Positions 38,541 through 52,075 of a stretch of DNA of 64,000 nt are shown piece by piece; position 1 is the stretch's first letter, and every line of letters starts with the position of its first letter. This DNA is from Macrostomum lignano (taxonomy: Eukaryota), in the NCBI GenBank assembly GCA_002269645.1, contig NIVC01002805.1, positions 39,967 through 103,966 on the forward strand, given 5' to 3'. The notes under the pieces are model-generated. The model was not told where the DNA came from, ran no database searches, and was given only the letters and a program-made list of their open reading frames with translations. The position numbers were made by a program, and so were the translations under genes.

Positions 38541-40811
38541 GACAGACAGAGACAGACAGACAGACAGACAGGCAGGCAGACAGACAGATACGTAGTAACC
38601 TTATCAGACACCCAGGTCACGCTGGCATATCCTACGGCAGCCCGCCCGCAGACGCCTCCAACTCAATAAGCTCAGCTGCCCAGAACGCACCCGTCAATCC
38701 CACCCGCTTCTTGCAGGCGTGGCACCGATTTCGCCTCTTCAATTCGCTGCTTCCGCCAACGACGCTGCCGCTTCCGCTGCCGCTGCTGGCGTCTGCAATT
38801 GTGTGTGCAGTTGCTGGTAATTAATTTATTTATTGCAACCAACATTCAAAACACTCTACTCTAAAAAGTAGCAAAACGCGCTAAGCAAGTAGCAAATATT
38901 CCAGAACTAACTCACCACAGGAAGCACCCCGAGAGGAGGCGGAGCCATCGTCCGTTGGAACGGCAAGCATAGCGGCTATGGACTGCGGCGTTGGGACTGA
39001 CAGGGGTAGGGGAAGATGCTGTTGCTGTTGTTGCTGCTGAGGCGATGCTTGAGACTCCTCAGCCGTAGGGGTTTCTGCTGAGGCTTGGGTGGAACAATAT
39101 TTTAATATTTAAAGCAGACTTAAAAGTTTTGATTAGCGCTATATAAATTTACAGAAAAATTTTAGGTATGGGAGGCTGGCCCAGCAACTGACGATCTGGG
39201 AGGCTGGCTCAGCAACTGACGATCAAGGATGGTAACCCATCAACTTGGGATCTGAGAAGGTAACGAAACAACTGAGGATCTGGGGATCTGGAAGGCTGGC
39301 ACAGCAACTGAGGATCTGGGAGGCTGGCACAGCAACTGCGGATCTGGGAGGCTGGCCCAGCAACTGCGGATCTGAGAGGCTGGCCCAGCAACTGACACTC
39401 TGGGAGGCTGACCCAGCAACTGAGGATCTGGGGATCTGGAAGGCTGGCACAGCAACTGAGGATCTGGGAGGCTGGCACAGCAACTGCGGATCTGGGAGGC
39501 TGGCCCAGCAACTGCGGATCTGAGAGGCTGGCCCAGCAACTGACACTCTGGGAGGCTGACCCAGCAACTGAGGATCTGAGAGGCTGGCCCAGCAACTGAC
39601 ACTCTGGGAGGCTGACCCAGCAACTGAGGATCTGGGGATCTGGAAGGCTGGCACAGCAACTGAGGATCTGGGAGGCTGGCACAGCAACTGCGGATCTGGG
39701 AGGCTGGCCCAGCAACTGCGGATCTGAGAGGCTGGCCCAGCAACTGACACTCTGGGAGGCTGACCCAGCAACTGAGGATCTGGGAGGCTGGCCCAGCAAC
39801 TGAGGATCTGGGAGGCTGGCCCAGCAACTGGGGATCTAGGAGGCTAGCCCAGTAACTGGGGATCTGGGAGGCTAGCCCAGTAACTGGGGATCTGGGAGGC
39901 TAGCCCAGTAACTGGGGATCTGGGAGGCTGGCCCAGCAACTGCGGATCTGGGAGGCTGGCCCAGCAACTGACACTCTGGGAGGCTGACCCAGCAACTGAG
40001 GATCTGGGAGGCTGGCCCAGCAACTGAGGATCTGGGAGGCTGACCCAGCAACTGCGGATCTGGGAGGCTGACCCAGCAACTGCGGATCTGGGAGGCTGGC
40101 CCAGCAACTGAGGATCTGAGAGGCTGGCCCAGCAACTGAGGATCTGGGAGGCTGGCCCAGCAACTGAGGATCTGAGAGGCTGGCCCAGCAACTGAGGATC
40201 TGGGAGGCTGGCCCAGCAACTGAGGATCTGGGAGGCTGGAGGCCTAGCAACTGAGGATCTGGGAGGCTGGAGGCCTAGCAACTGAGGATCTGGGAGGCTG
40301 GAGGCCTAGCAACTGAGGATCTGGGAGGCTGGAGGCCCAGCAACTGAGGATCTGGGAGGCTGGCTCAGCAACTGAGGATTTGGGAGGCTGGCTCAGCAAC
40401 TGAGGATCTGGGGGGATAACACATCAACTGAGGATCTGGGGGGATAACACATCAACTGAGGATCTGGGAGGCTGGCTCAGCAACTGAGGATTTGGGAGGC
40501 TGGCTCAGCAACTGAGGATCTGGGGGGATAACACATCAACTGAGGATCTGGGAGGATAACCCATAAAAGGAGGATCTTGAATCCCAGTTACCAATAGAGG
40601 AAGCTGTCGCAGAAGCCACATCATCAGCAGACGCGGCACCAGCCGCACTGACAGTGACAGAAACAGCTGCTGCGGCATCTCCAGCAGCTGTAGCCTTGAA
40701 GCAGACGCTGCACATGCCATCAAACTGGGCCGAGGCATAGAATCCGCAGCCGCATTTGCAGTAGGTTGGCGCCAAAGTTGCCGGCTGGTTGCTGCCGCTC
40801 TCCTCCGACAT
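37748..40811 (-). CDS. ZFAND5/6: A20/AN1 zinc-finger protein (ZFAND5/ZFAND6-like), 212 aa, 4 coding exons
   Basis: Exons 40592-40811, 38916-39083, 38691-38792, 37748-37896 join in frame (639 nt). A20 finger: [22 protein letters not shown]1 finger: [38 protein letters not shown]...ANP. Confidence 0.95.
37930..38590. repeat. (GATA)n / (GACA)n intronic microsatellites
   Basis: Direct reading. Confidence 0.95.
39165..40560. repeat. 28-bp minisatellite (ACTGAGGATCTGGGAGGCTGGCCCAGCA)n in ZFAND intron
   Basis: About 50 imperfect copies. Confidence 0.95.
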
Positions 40812-43800
40812 TCTTAAATAACTGTGCTTGGCTGTAGGAGGGGTTGAGAGATTTATAAGAGTTCGCCTAATGATAAGTAGCAAGAAAAGAATATGAAGCG
40901 AATATTTTATAAGTGTCTGACACCCATAGATGAGGTCTTGGCTTGGCTCAGCAGTTAAAATCATTAAAAAGTTATTCTTGGGCAGCATTATCTTCTGATG
41001 TTTATGACAATATGTATTTAATATTGCATGTATTTTAAAATCTTATGATCATATCAATGTTTCAGACTGCTTAGTTACAATATAAGCATTTCTTAGTAGA
41101 AATAGCAAAGTAGGCATATTGAGTAGGCAAAGTAGCTAAGTGTCATAGTGAATAATTTTATAATTTAATGCATAATTATATTTTAGCAATATGCACATAT
41201 ATTTATAAGGGCATGTCAACTAAAGCTCATAAAGTGGAGCCCAAGTAACCATGTACACTAATGATACGTTATTCTGCTCAGAGACACCAGAAGGCAGGGT
41301 TTGGCAAAAAAGTGACAAAAATTAGACTTTGGAGAAGAAGCACGAGGATAATTAGGCACTATTATGTTAACTTGAGCTGATAAAGTAGAGTCTCTATAAT
41401 TATCCCCTTATGCTTGTTCTCATCTTTTCTCCCAAGTCCAATTTTTGCCACTTTTGCTAAACCCAGCTTCCTAGTATCAGAACATGTTAACTCTTGCACA
41501 AAATACAGGCATAGTACTAATTAGATGATGAAGAATTTAGCTTTATTAAGATGGTCATAGTTACTCTTGCTGTTTGCCCAAAACTGCACCCACCCTGCTA
41601 CACTACCTACTTTGACTCCAGCTGCAATGCACCACCAGAATTTGTCCAGAAAATTTCAAAATTGTGATGGACAGTTGGATGCCTTTTGTCCACTTACTCC
41701 AATAGGGTATACAAGACCATACATGCATACAACCTCTCCCTTTGATTTACACAGGCCATATAACTTAATTTTGAACAAAAATGTGACTTACCTATGAAAG
41801 AAACCTAAACGAAATTGAGATTTATTTTGTTTTGTTGCAAAATTAGCTAACCCAAGATAGTAGGGTTGGCTAATTTTGGGTAAATGGCATGAGTAACTAT
41901 AAGGGGTGTCCCAAAAGTAGTGTTACTTTCATTATATCTCTCATTCTGCTGATCCAAATAACATAATTTTGCACAATTTTTTAGTGGCAACTCTTTTTCA
42001 TATTAACTTTAAAATCATTAAAACTGACAATGGAAACAAAAGCTATAAACTATAATGTAGCAGGACCTCAACCATAAACTTCAGTAAGTAAACAAAATAA
42101 CAAATTTCAAAGTGGTAGCTGACAAACGGGTAACTAGCTGTAGTGAATACTGCAAAATGACTGTAGTAAATGACTGCTAAGATCCATGAGCCAATGAAAG
42201 TTGAGCATGGATCTTGGTTCAACTGTGCCCCATCCTTCAAAGGGTGTATAACACACTCCTCTAAGCATTTTACATGCATTTTCCTTATTAGATTGTCATA
42301 ATTTTAATTTTCTTAATTTTTTATAGTAAAAAACAACAATCATTTTAATGACAAATTTTGTATAAAACTAGCATTATTAAGGCCTACCTAATTAATTATC
42401 TAGCTGTTTTCAGTGGTGGATTTAGAGGGGGTGGCCCCTCCCCCTTTGTTGAGTTAGATTTTTCTACAATTGGCTATCTTAGGAATAGGGGCATAGCCAA
42501 GGGGTAGACACTAGAGACATGTTTCCTTCCTAGGAGGGGGGGATTTTACTGCCTTTGTATTTCACTTCTATTACTTCTATTAGAGATGGAATTATAAGCA
42601 GAAAATTATCCCCACGGTACCGTTGGAATAAGACAGAAATTATTCCTACGGTACCGTGGGGATAAGCACTGCCATATCTTTTTCCCTCCATTTGATGTGA
42701 CTCCTGGCTATATACCTACTAGGCTACTTCTAGGAATATACTATTTGAGAAAAACTTAACTATTTTTAGCTTTCCTTTGTAGACTATTGATTTGTTGTTA
42801 TTATAAACTTATAAAAGATGGTTAATTAATTTTTTTAATTAGCAATTTGATTAGAACATGAAAAATATATAATAAAAAATATAGTATTAGGCCTAGCTTT
42901 AATGTTTCTAATTTAGGTTTATTTATAAATGATTTTTTAATTTGTGATTTCTTTAGATATTAGGGCCTAAGCTTAGAAAACAAAAAAAAATTGTTGCATT
43001 TCTCAATTTGCTCTGTATATGCTTGGTTTAAAAATCATATATAAAATGCTTTAATGCTTAGTTTCTTGACAAAGAAACTGCATGTATTGTCAATGGCTAT
43101 TGTTTTACTAATAAATTATACTTACTAAAATTTGGCAAATTTGGCAAAATGGCTAGGCATTAGCAAAACAAATTTTCTTGAAATTTCCTTATCGGCCCTT
43201 CATCTCATTTTTAAGAAAGTCAAGTGAGTAGCATCACTTCACTTCATGTCTTCACTCTTCGGTACCTTACTCACAATGTCAAGAAGTCTGCCTTTATCCT
43301 TATTAACTCCAGGCCTAGTCTAGGATGCAATTATGTTCATTTATTTCATTTTCATGGGCCTAGTCTATGCAAAGGAGGGGCACCCCCCTCCCTTGTCTTT
43401 ATCCGATCACCGGTCTCCAGTCTACAGCTGCAGACGCGGCTTGGTTATGGTGATGGTGGAAGGAAAATTATTATCAGCTACGCAAACAGCAGACAGAGGG
43501 CCTTTTCATATTGCTTGTTCTGGTTCCAGAACCAGAACAAATTTGTGAAGTATAACTTTTTGTCTCCATAACTAGAGGGAGATACGTGCTATAAAGTTTT
43601 TATTATTGAATGACAATCGCCAAGAACAAAGTGAAAAATTGTTCTAAGTGAGGTTGTTAAGGCAGTCAAACATTCAACAGAATTAAATAGTTATACTGCT
43701 GTTTTTCTTGGAAGATCCGAACCGATTCTGATTCTGGAATTTGTAATATGAAAAGCCTCAGACAGCAGACCGCGGCCGTAATCAGAGATTAGAATTTTGC

Positions 43801-44123
43801 CTCAATAATTTATGAGTAGCTGCAAAGTTTCTACTATCTGTTATTTGCAATTTAACACTAGCTGAAACCAAGATTTACATTTCTGAGATAAAATATAAAA
43901 ATAATATCTGTGTTTGTTTTGCTACATTACACAACAAACGTTAAAAAACGTATTTTTCAGGATTATTAAATATAGTTAATCTTGTAAATCTTGGTTTCAG
44001 CTAGTGTTAAATTAGTATAGGCCTGCCTAGAGGCCTGGCCTTCCTTTTTGTATAGATAGACAAAGAGCAAAACAGTCAGGCCTCGAATATTGAAGTCCCC
44101 AGGCCTATTCAAATGATACCTGC

Positions 44124-44348
44124 CAGGGGCGTAGCCAGGCATTTCCTATGGGGGGATACACGAAGGTGCATTTTCTACGGGGGGATACACCAAGGTAAAA
44201 GTGCTATGACAGAGTCACATTGTAGGGGCCTAGCATGTATAGCAACAAAGGGCAACAAAAAAGTTTTTTTCAGGCTTTTTGGAATTTTGGGGGGATACAA
44301 CAACAACAACATCCCCCTATCCCCCCTCCTTAGCTCCCTATACCCCTG
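44124..44348. mobile_element. hAT-like MITE, 225 bp
   Basis: Ends CAGGGG...CCCCTG flanked by an identical 8-bp TSD ATACCTGC (44116-44123 and 44349-44356); 8-bp TSDs are typical of hAT. Confidence 0.8.
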
Positions 44349-45447
44349 ATACCTGCATAGGCCTAATTTTTTATTTTTCAGCAATTTAACTTTCTGAGTT
44401 CTCAATTGAAATTTGAAAGAATGAATATTTTATAATTGATAGAAATAGGCCTATCAATGTTTTAAAGAAATTTCTTTTAGGCCTATGTTTTCAACAAAGA
44501 AGCTAGTAGTAGTAGGCCTATTAGTAGTACAATATATCAAGACAAACAAAACATAATAATATCATGATTCTGTAGACTATAGAGTAGGCCTAATTTTGAA
44601 AAAAAAATTACCTATGCTATTTTAGGCAATGGCTAGAGTTCTGGAACCAGAACCTGTTTTCTAATGGATAGGCCTATGGATCTGGCAATGCCATATAGAA
44701 CTTATAGAATAGAAGTATATAAAAAAGACTAATAAGAACATATATATTTAAAAGTCTAAACATTAGTAAGTATCTCATTTGAAATCTTGACTCATCATTT
44801 GGTCTTGAATCTTATCTAAACAAAATCTCAATATCTGCCACCTATAGAAAAATAATGTTCCTGCTATAGTATTATAATGGCCCTGCCAGATCTATAGCCT
44901 TGAAAAATTAGTTCTAATGCTGGAACTCTAGCCATTGCCATTATAATGGCATTATTTTATGTCCTCACTAGACTAGGCCTGCCTACTGCCTAGGACCTAT
45001 GTTATGCTAGGTCTAGGGTTGAAAACATGGTTCTCAATGTCAGTTTTTCTTTTGCTTTTAAGTGGCTTGTTGCCCTTTTAAGTTAGAAGACACTTTTTGT
45101 ATTACTTTTAACTAGGCTCTAATGAATGGCTTAATGCTTTTAAATGATTCAAACTTTAATAGGATCTAAGAGACTTTGCCAAGTAAATGACTTTCTATTA
45201 TCTCTACCTATAAAAATGAAAACTCTATGTCTCAGTGTCTCTCTGTGGACAATTTTGTTCACTATGGACTCCTAAACCACTTAACCCAGTTAACCAAATT
45301 ATACCAGATTTTGTACCCACCCTAAACTCACTACGGTCTACGGAAAATGTCTTAGGCTACTTTAAAATCTCCTAAACTTGAGTCTTCCTATCTAATTAAT
45401 CTAAAAGTGCAAAAACTGCTCAAAATATGCAATTTTTTTACTAAATC

Positions 45448-45900
<453 letters not shown>

Positions 45901-46879
45901 TCAAAGGATCCAAGGGACATAGGGAGAGTCAAAGGCAGAGGCCAGAGTTTACCAATATGTTTTAGAATCAAACAGACATTGCCCAACATTCTGCGCAGCA
46001 TCCCAGCCAACAAAATCAATGTTTGTCTCAAATCCTAATTTTACATGAATGTACTCCATTTTATGTTTGCCTCTATCCTACTAACTATTAACAAGTTTTT
46101 TTTGTGATGACTTTAGATTTTAGAACACAGGCAAAATAGTTCCAGGGATTAGAATTCCACGGGTTCAAAATCTGTAGGTTTCAACAGCTTGTCATTTATA
46201 AATATATATTGTTTAAACTAAATAAATGCTAGAGGAGAGAAGGCTACAGTGGCAGTGGCTAGGCCTAAGTGTAGAAAGTATAAGCCTAATTATTATTATA
46301 TAGGCCTATATTAACAATTTCAAATGCTTCTAAATTGGAAAATTTTTAGTTAAATTGTACAAATTTAAAGAAAATTTGTTGAGCTATTTTTGCTAAATTT
46401 GATCACATATATGCCTAATATTAATATACCTATAATATGAAAACTTTTTTAATATATTAAGACAAACAATCTGGTTTGAATAAACTGAGCCAACATGGGA
46501 CTTTACTTGATTTGCAATTTTGCCTAATAATGTCATCTTTTCCTGTGCCTCTCTCAAGGTGTTCTGTCATTAAAAGATTTTGCATTACTGTTTAGATGTA
46601 TCCTTATCAAGGCAAGCTATGCAGAAATATGTGTTCCTATGCCAGAATGTAGTCTTGAAATAAATTTTATATAATATTTTTCCCTCATGACATTCTATAC
46701 TTAGCATTTATAGCATTGGTAATTAAACTTATTGTTTTAATTATTCAAAAGGCAGTTTTGTTTTAATTTTTTACTGCCTAATATTGCATGAGCTGGTCAA
46801 ATCTTGACTTGGTAAAAAGCTTTCTACAGGAAAACAAAGTTAAAAGTGAGTTATATTTATATAATCAAACTGTCAGAAC

Positions 46880-47107
46880 CCTCTAGATCATCTAGGCTAG
46901 AATCCTCCAGATTTCTAGACCAGCCTCCCAGATCCTCAGTTGCTGGGCCAGCCTCCCAGATCCTCAGTTTCTGGGCCAGCCTCCCAGATCCTCAGTTGCT
47001 AGGCCAGCCTCCCAGATCCTCAGTTGCTAGGCCAGCCTCCCAGATCCTCAGTTGCTAGGCCAGCCTCCCAGAGTGTTAGTTGCTAGGCCAGCCTCCCAGA
47101 TCCTCAG
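46880..47107. repeat. 28-bp minisatellite, inverted copy of the 39.2-40.6 kb array
   Basis: (CCTCCCAGATCCTCAGTTGCTGGGCCAG)n, ~7 copies, is the reverse complement of the ZFAND-intron unit. Confidence 0.93.
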
Positions 47108-47407
47108 TTGCTTCACTCCCTTCACTCCCTGAAGGCTAAGCTGTCCCACCCCGCCCCTGCAGTCCAGCCCGAGGCGGCCCGGCAGTGCAACGAGCTCATT
47201 CGCCTGTTCGCCGAAGAGTGCGCGGTGAGGGCGGCCGGAGCCGCCAAAGCCAGATTGGCAGTCGCCGAGACCAAGCAAAAGCAGCAAAAGAAGAAGAATA
47301 AAGAAGACGAATTTGATGAAGCTGAGCCCTCCGATCCAAAAGTTGTTGAAGTTCGACTATCTGATCTCGAGTCTGAATTAGTTCAGCTCTGGTTGGATTT
47401 TATTTAA
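47108..47407 (+). CDS. CENPX: CENP-X / MHF2 (STRA13)-like histone-fold protein, main exon
   Basis: AARQCNELIRLFAEECAVRA...EVRLSDLESELVQLWLDFI* parallels the CENP-X pattern (..ELLKVFVVEAAVR...VDVDQLEKVLPQLLLDF), with a Lys/Glu-rich insertion. Probable acceptor cctcag|47108. The start exon is unresolved; 43748-43777 (ATG..GCC|gtaatc) is one candidate. Confidence 0.75.
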   Translation: MLHSLHSLKAKLSHPAPAVQPEAARQCNELIRLFAEECAVRAAGAAKARLAVAETKQKQQKKKNKEDEFDEAEPSDPKVVEVRLSDLESELVQLWLDFI

Positions 47408-47411
47408 TTTA

Positions 47412-50400
47412 ATGTCCTCATCAACACCCGATCGGCATCTCTTGGTGCTGGTGCTGGACCTCAATCCGGCTTGGTGGGGGCTCCAAACCGACACTGACGT
47501 GTGTCGGATGCTGCAGTCGGTGCTCACCTTTGCCAATGCTCACCTCCTGGTACAGCCGGGCAATGAAGTTGCTTTGTTAGGCGTCTGTGGAGAGCAGGTA
47601 TGGAAATTTGCTAGTTGTTGACCAAATAGTGAGCACCCCCAAAGCTTTCATGTTCATCCTTTCCTTTAGTAAATCTCCATTGCAATCTGCTAGATTTCCA
47701 TCAGATCGAAATCTCAACACCCCTTATGCCCATCCCATAGATCCACTTTCTAATCTCCCAGAGCCCAACATTAATCTGGTCTCATGCGTATCTATTAGAT
47801 CCCCATTCTTATCCATCAGATCCCCATCCTTATCCCCCACCCAGATCTCCATCCTTATCCCTCAGATCCCCATTCTTATCCCCCACCCAGATCTCCATCC
47901 TTATCCCTCAGATCCCCATCCTTATCCCCCACCCAGATCTCCATCCTTATCCCTCAGATCCCCATCCTTATCCCCCACCCAGATCTCCATCCTTATCCCT
48001 CAGATCCCCATCCTTATCCCCCACCCAGATCTCCATCCTTATCCCTCAGATCCCCATCCTTATCCCTTCACCCAGATCTCCATCCTTATCCCTCAGATCC
48101 CCATCCTTATCCCTTCACCCAGATCTCCATCCTTATCCCTTCACCCAGATCTCCATCCTTATCCCTTCACCCAGATCTCCATCCTTATCCCTTCACCCAG
48201 ATCTCCATCCTTATCCCTCAGATCCCCATCCTTATCCCTTCACCCAGATCTCCATCCTTATCCCTCAGATCCCCATCCTTATCCCCCACCCAGATCTCCA
48301 TCCTTATCCCTCAGATCCCCATCCTTATCCCTTCACCCAGATCTCCATCCTTATCCCTTCACCCAGATCTCCATCCTTATCCCTCAGATCCCCATCCTTA
48401 TCCCTTCACCCAGATCTCCATCCTTATCCCTTCACCCAGATCTCCATCCTTATCCCTCAGATCCCCATCCTTATCCCTTCACCCAGATCTCCATCCTTAT
48501 CCCTTCACCCAGATCTCCATCCTTATCCCTCAGATCCCCATCCTTATCCCTTCACCCAGATCTCCATCCTTATCCCTTCACCCAGATCTCCATCCTTATC
48601 CCTTCACCCAGATCTCCATCCTTATCCCTCAGATCCCCATCCTTATCCCTTCACCCAGATCTCCATCCTTATCCCTTCACCCAGATCTCCATCCTTATCC
48701 CTTCACCCAGATCTCCATCCTTATCCCTTCACCCAGATCTCCATCCTTATCCCTCAGATCCCCATCCTTATCCCCCACCCAGATCTCCATCCTTATCCCT
48801 CAGATCCCCATCCTTATCCCCCACCCAGATCTCCATCCTTATCCCTCAGATCCCCATCCTTATCCCTCAGATCCCCATCCTTATCCCCCACCCAGATCTC
48901 CATCCTTATCCCTCAGATCCCATCCTTATCCCCCACCCAGATCTCCATCCTTATCCCCCACCCAGATCTCCATCCTTATCCCTCAGATCCCCATCCTTAT
49001 CCCCCACCCAGATCTCCATCCTTATCCCTCAGATCCCCATCCTTATCCCCCACCCAGATCTCCATCCTTATCCCTCAGATCCCCATCCTTATCCCCCACC
49101 CAGATCTCCATCCTTATCCCTCAGATCCCATCCTTATCCCCCACCCAGATCTCCATCCTTATCCCCCACCCAGATCTCCATCCTTATCCCCCACCCAGAT
49201 CTCCATCCTTATCCCTCAGATCCCCATCCTTATCCCCCACCCAGATCTCCATCCTTATCCCTCAGATCCCATCCTTATCCCCCACCCAGATCACCCAAAT
49301 CCCTATTCTTATCCCTCATATCCCATACTTGTCCCTTAGATCCCCATCCTTATCCGTCAGATGAAATCCCATGGTACATTGCCTGATCCAAAATCTTCAT
49401 GCTAATCATTAATGTCTCTATTCTATTTATATATATTATATAAATTTATTATATATATAAACATAAATATTACATTATATATATATCCACTCAAACTCCC
49501 AAATCCCATAATTTTCACCTGGATTTGTATGCTTATTTATCCACAAAGTTCTCAATTGCATTGTAGTTAAATTAGTTTTCTTTTCCTTTCCCGCAGACTC
49601 AGTTCCTCTACCCCGCTGCTCAGTCGCCACCTGGCGGAGTGCCCCTCAGCCAACAGGGCCCGGCTCAAACCGACGGTGCCAAACTGGAATGCTTCACCGC
49701 AATGAACGACTGCGTGAAAGATGCCGCTGATTCTTTAATGCGCTCAGTGCAACCCGAGAAACTGCGCCTGTCAGTCTGCATGGCCGGCTGCTTAGTAAAG
49801 GCTCTGTGCTACATTGCCAGACGGGAGCGAGAAATACAACCCGGCGTACGGCTGGCTTCCAGGGTGCTGCTTCTGCGCGGCTGTCGCGACGAGGCCTCCC
49901 AGTACATGGCGCTGATGAATGCGGTGTTCGCCGCGCAGAAGCGTCAGATTCCTATTGACGCGTGCGTTATATCTGTGAGTCTTATTTATTAATTTTTGTG
50001 TTGTTTAGGCATGTTACGTCATTACTTACGTGTTTGAACAAATTTAAAACGATTTAGGCTTTCAAGCTACTTTCAATAGAAATATATAAATATTTAGCTA
50101 AAAAATACAAAAAATAACTAACTAACTAACTAAATAAGTAACTCCGGCGCCTCAGCCATTGAAATAGGCTCTTACGCCACTAGATATAAATAAGTTTCCT
50201 GAATAGGGAGTGTACTAATGTACACTAAAAGCCAAGTTAGACTATAGAGGACTGTACAGGGCAAAATCATAAAAACCAAACCTCCCCGGGGGACAGTAGC
50301 GGTTCGACGAACCAGTCAGGAGCCCGTGCCCAAAAACCAGGTTAGATACCCCTCAGCCTATTAGGAAGGCCCGAAGGCCAAGAGCCGTGGCATCCATGCT

Positions 50401-51499
50401 GGGGCCGACCGCCCCTCTACCCCCGGGTACAAATCATAAACCTCCCCGAGGCCCGTGGGGGTTGAGAGAACCAATCAGGGAAGCCCGTGCCTTCTCCTGG
50501 GTTAGTAAAGCCAAAACACCGGTCAATTGACCGCCCCCACGGCCGTGGCAACCCGAAGGAGCCTCCCCCCCCAACTAAACCCCGGGTACTCTTGCCAGAC
50601 AGTCTCTTATCTTTGAAGCGGCAGGAGGGCTATTCGCCGGGACTGTTTCACCCTTTGCTTCGCCAACCCGCCATTTCTATAGTGACCGTGCCAACGGTCT
50701 CGTCCTGCTCAGACTCAGTCCTGGTTCTGGCACACTCCAGCTTTAATAGGGTCGCTGGCTGTACGCTCAGAGGGCACTTGAGGGAGACCGTCAGAGCACC
50801 TTGGTACAGGTATAGGCCTGCCTTCCTATACAGCTACCCACAGCCCTTCCCGATCCACTATTACCCTCCAACCCAGCCTACTCACTCATTACAAGCTTTC
50901 AGCCAGGCAGAGACAAGTTTCACAGGAGTGACTGCGGTTAGGCGTCTCTATGCGAGACAAAACCAGCTAAAAAATACAAAAAATAATCTTATTAAGTAAG
51001 AATTAACTAATCTAGAAAAATCGTTTGGAATTTTCATTGATGAATAATTTTCTGTATTTAAGCTACTATTAGTAGGAATTCGAAATTCTTTGCTTCATTT
51101 TATTTCCAGTCGGATTCCACGTTGCTTCGCCAGGCCGCTGAGCTGTCTGGCGGTTTCTATCTTCGCCTGCCCCGGCCCAGCGCTCTGCTGCAGTGCCTGC
51201 TCAGCCTGTTCTTAGCCGAGCCGGCCGTCAGGCAGGCCTCCTTAACTTTGCCACCATCGTTGGGGCCGAGCGACTCTCGGCCGGCCTGTTTCTGCCATAG
51301 AAAGCTGGTGTCAATCGCTCACGTCTGCTCCATCTGCCTGTCCGTGTACTGCAGTTACACTCCGCTTTGCACAACTTGCCATGCCACTTTTCCCAAGCCT
51401 CAGCTGCCGGCTTACTTCAATGCTGCCAGGGCGCCTGGCAAGGGCGGCGGCGGCGGCGGCGGCGGCGGCGGCAAGTCAAAGCGGAACAGCAAGCCTTGA
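47412..51499 (+). CDS. GTF2H3: General transcription factor IIH subunit 3 (p34/Tfb4), 317 aa, 3 exons
   Basis: Exons 47412-47597, 49597-49974, 51110-51499, all phase 0 (954 nt). VWA-like LLVLVLDLNP..W, QYMALMNAVFAAQK.. IPIDAC, LRQAAELSGGFY, C-terminal zinc finger ACFCHRKLVSIAHVCSICLSVYC..CTTC. Confidence 0.96.
47815..49290. repeat. C-rich minisatellite (CCAGATCTCCATCCTTATCCCTTCAC-type, mixed 19-26-bp units) in GTF2H3 intron 1
   Basis: Direct reading; source of the spurious 599-aa ORF. Confidence 0.95.
50118..50964 (-). mobile_element. 847-bp non-coding retroposed element (non-LTR-type insertion) in GTF2H3 intron 2
   Basis: Flanked by a 22-bp direct repeat AGCTAAAAAATACAAAAAATAA (50096-50117 and 50965-50986). 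(CTAA)n at the left end reads as a (TTAG)n 3' tail on the minus strand. Much more GC-rich than the flanks. Confidence 0.8.
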
Positions 51500-51577
51500 T
51501 TGGAATTTTGTTTTGTTGCGGCTGAATGAATTTCTTGGAATTCTGACCTGTTTGGTACGAACGTACATGGATTGATG

Positions 51578-52043
51578 GGTTAGTTTACTAGTTGATTGGG
51601 TGGTTGATTGATTTATTGGCTGATTGATTGATTGGCTGGTTGATTGATTGATTGATAAATTGGCTGGTTGATTGATTGATTGATTAATTGGCTGGTTGAT
51701 TGATTGATTGATTGATTGATTGGCTGGTTGATTGATTGATTGATTGATTGGCTGGTTGATTTATTGATTAATAGATTGATTGATTGGCTGGTTGATTGAT
51801 TGATTGATTGATTGGCTGGTTGGCTGATTGATTGGCTGGTTGATTGATTAGCTGGTTGATTGATTGATTGATTGATTGATTGGCTGATTGATTGATTGGT
51901 TGATTGATTGGCTGGTTGATTGGCTGGTTGATTGATTGGCTGGTTGATTGGCTGGTTGATTGATTGGCTGGTTGATTGGCTGGTTGATTAATTGGCTGGT
52001 TGATTGATTGGCTGGTTGATTGATTGATTGATTAATTCGCTGG

Positions 52044-52075
<32 letters not shown>

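Noticed and set aside
47587-49386. 599-aa Pro-rich ORF
   Set aside because: It lies within GTF2H3 intron 1 and is a translation of the minisatellite.
50690-50730. Hammerhead-ribozyme-like string (minus strand GGACTGAGTCTGAGCAGGACGAGAC)
   Set aside because: It lacks the invariant CUGANGA and GAAA cores.
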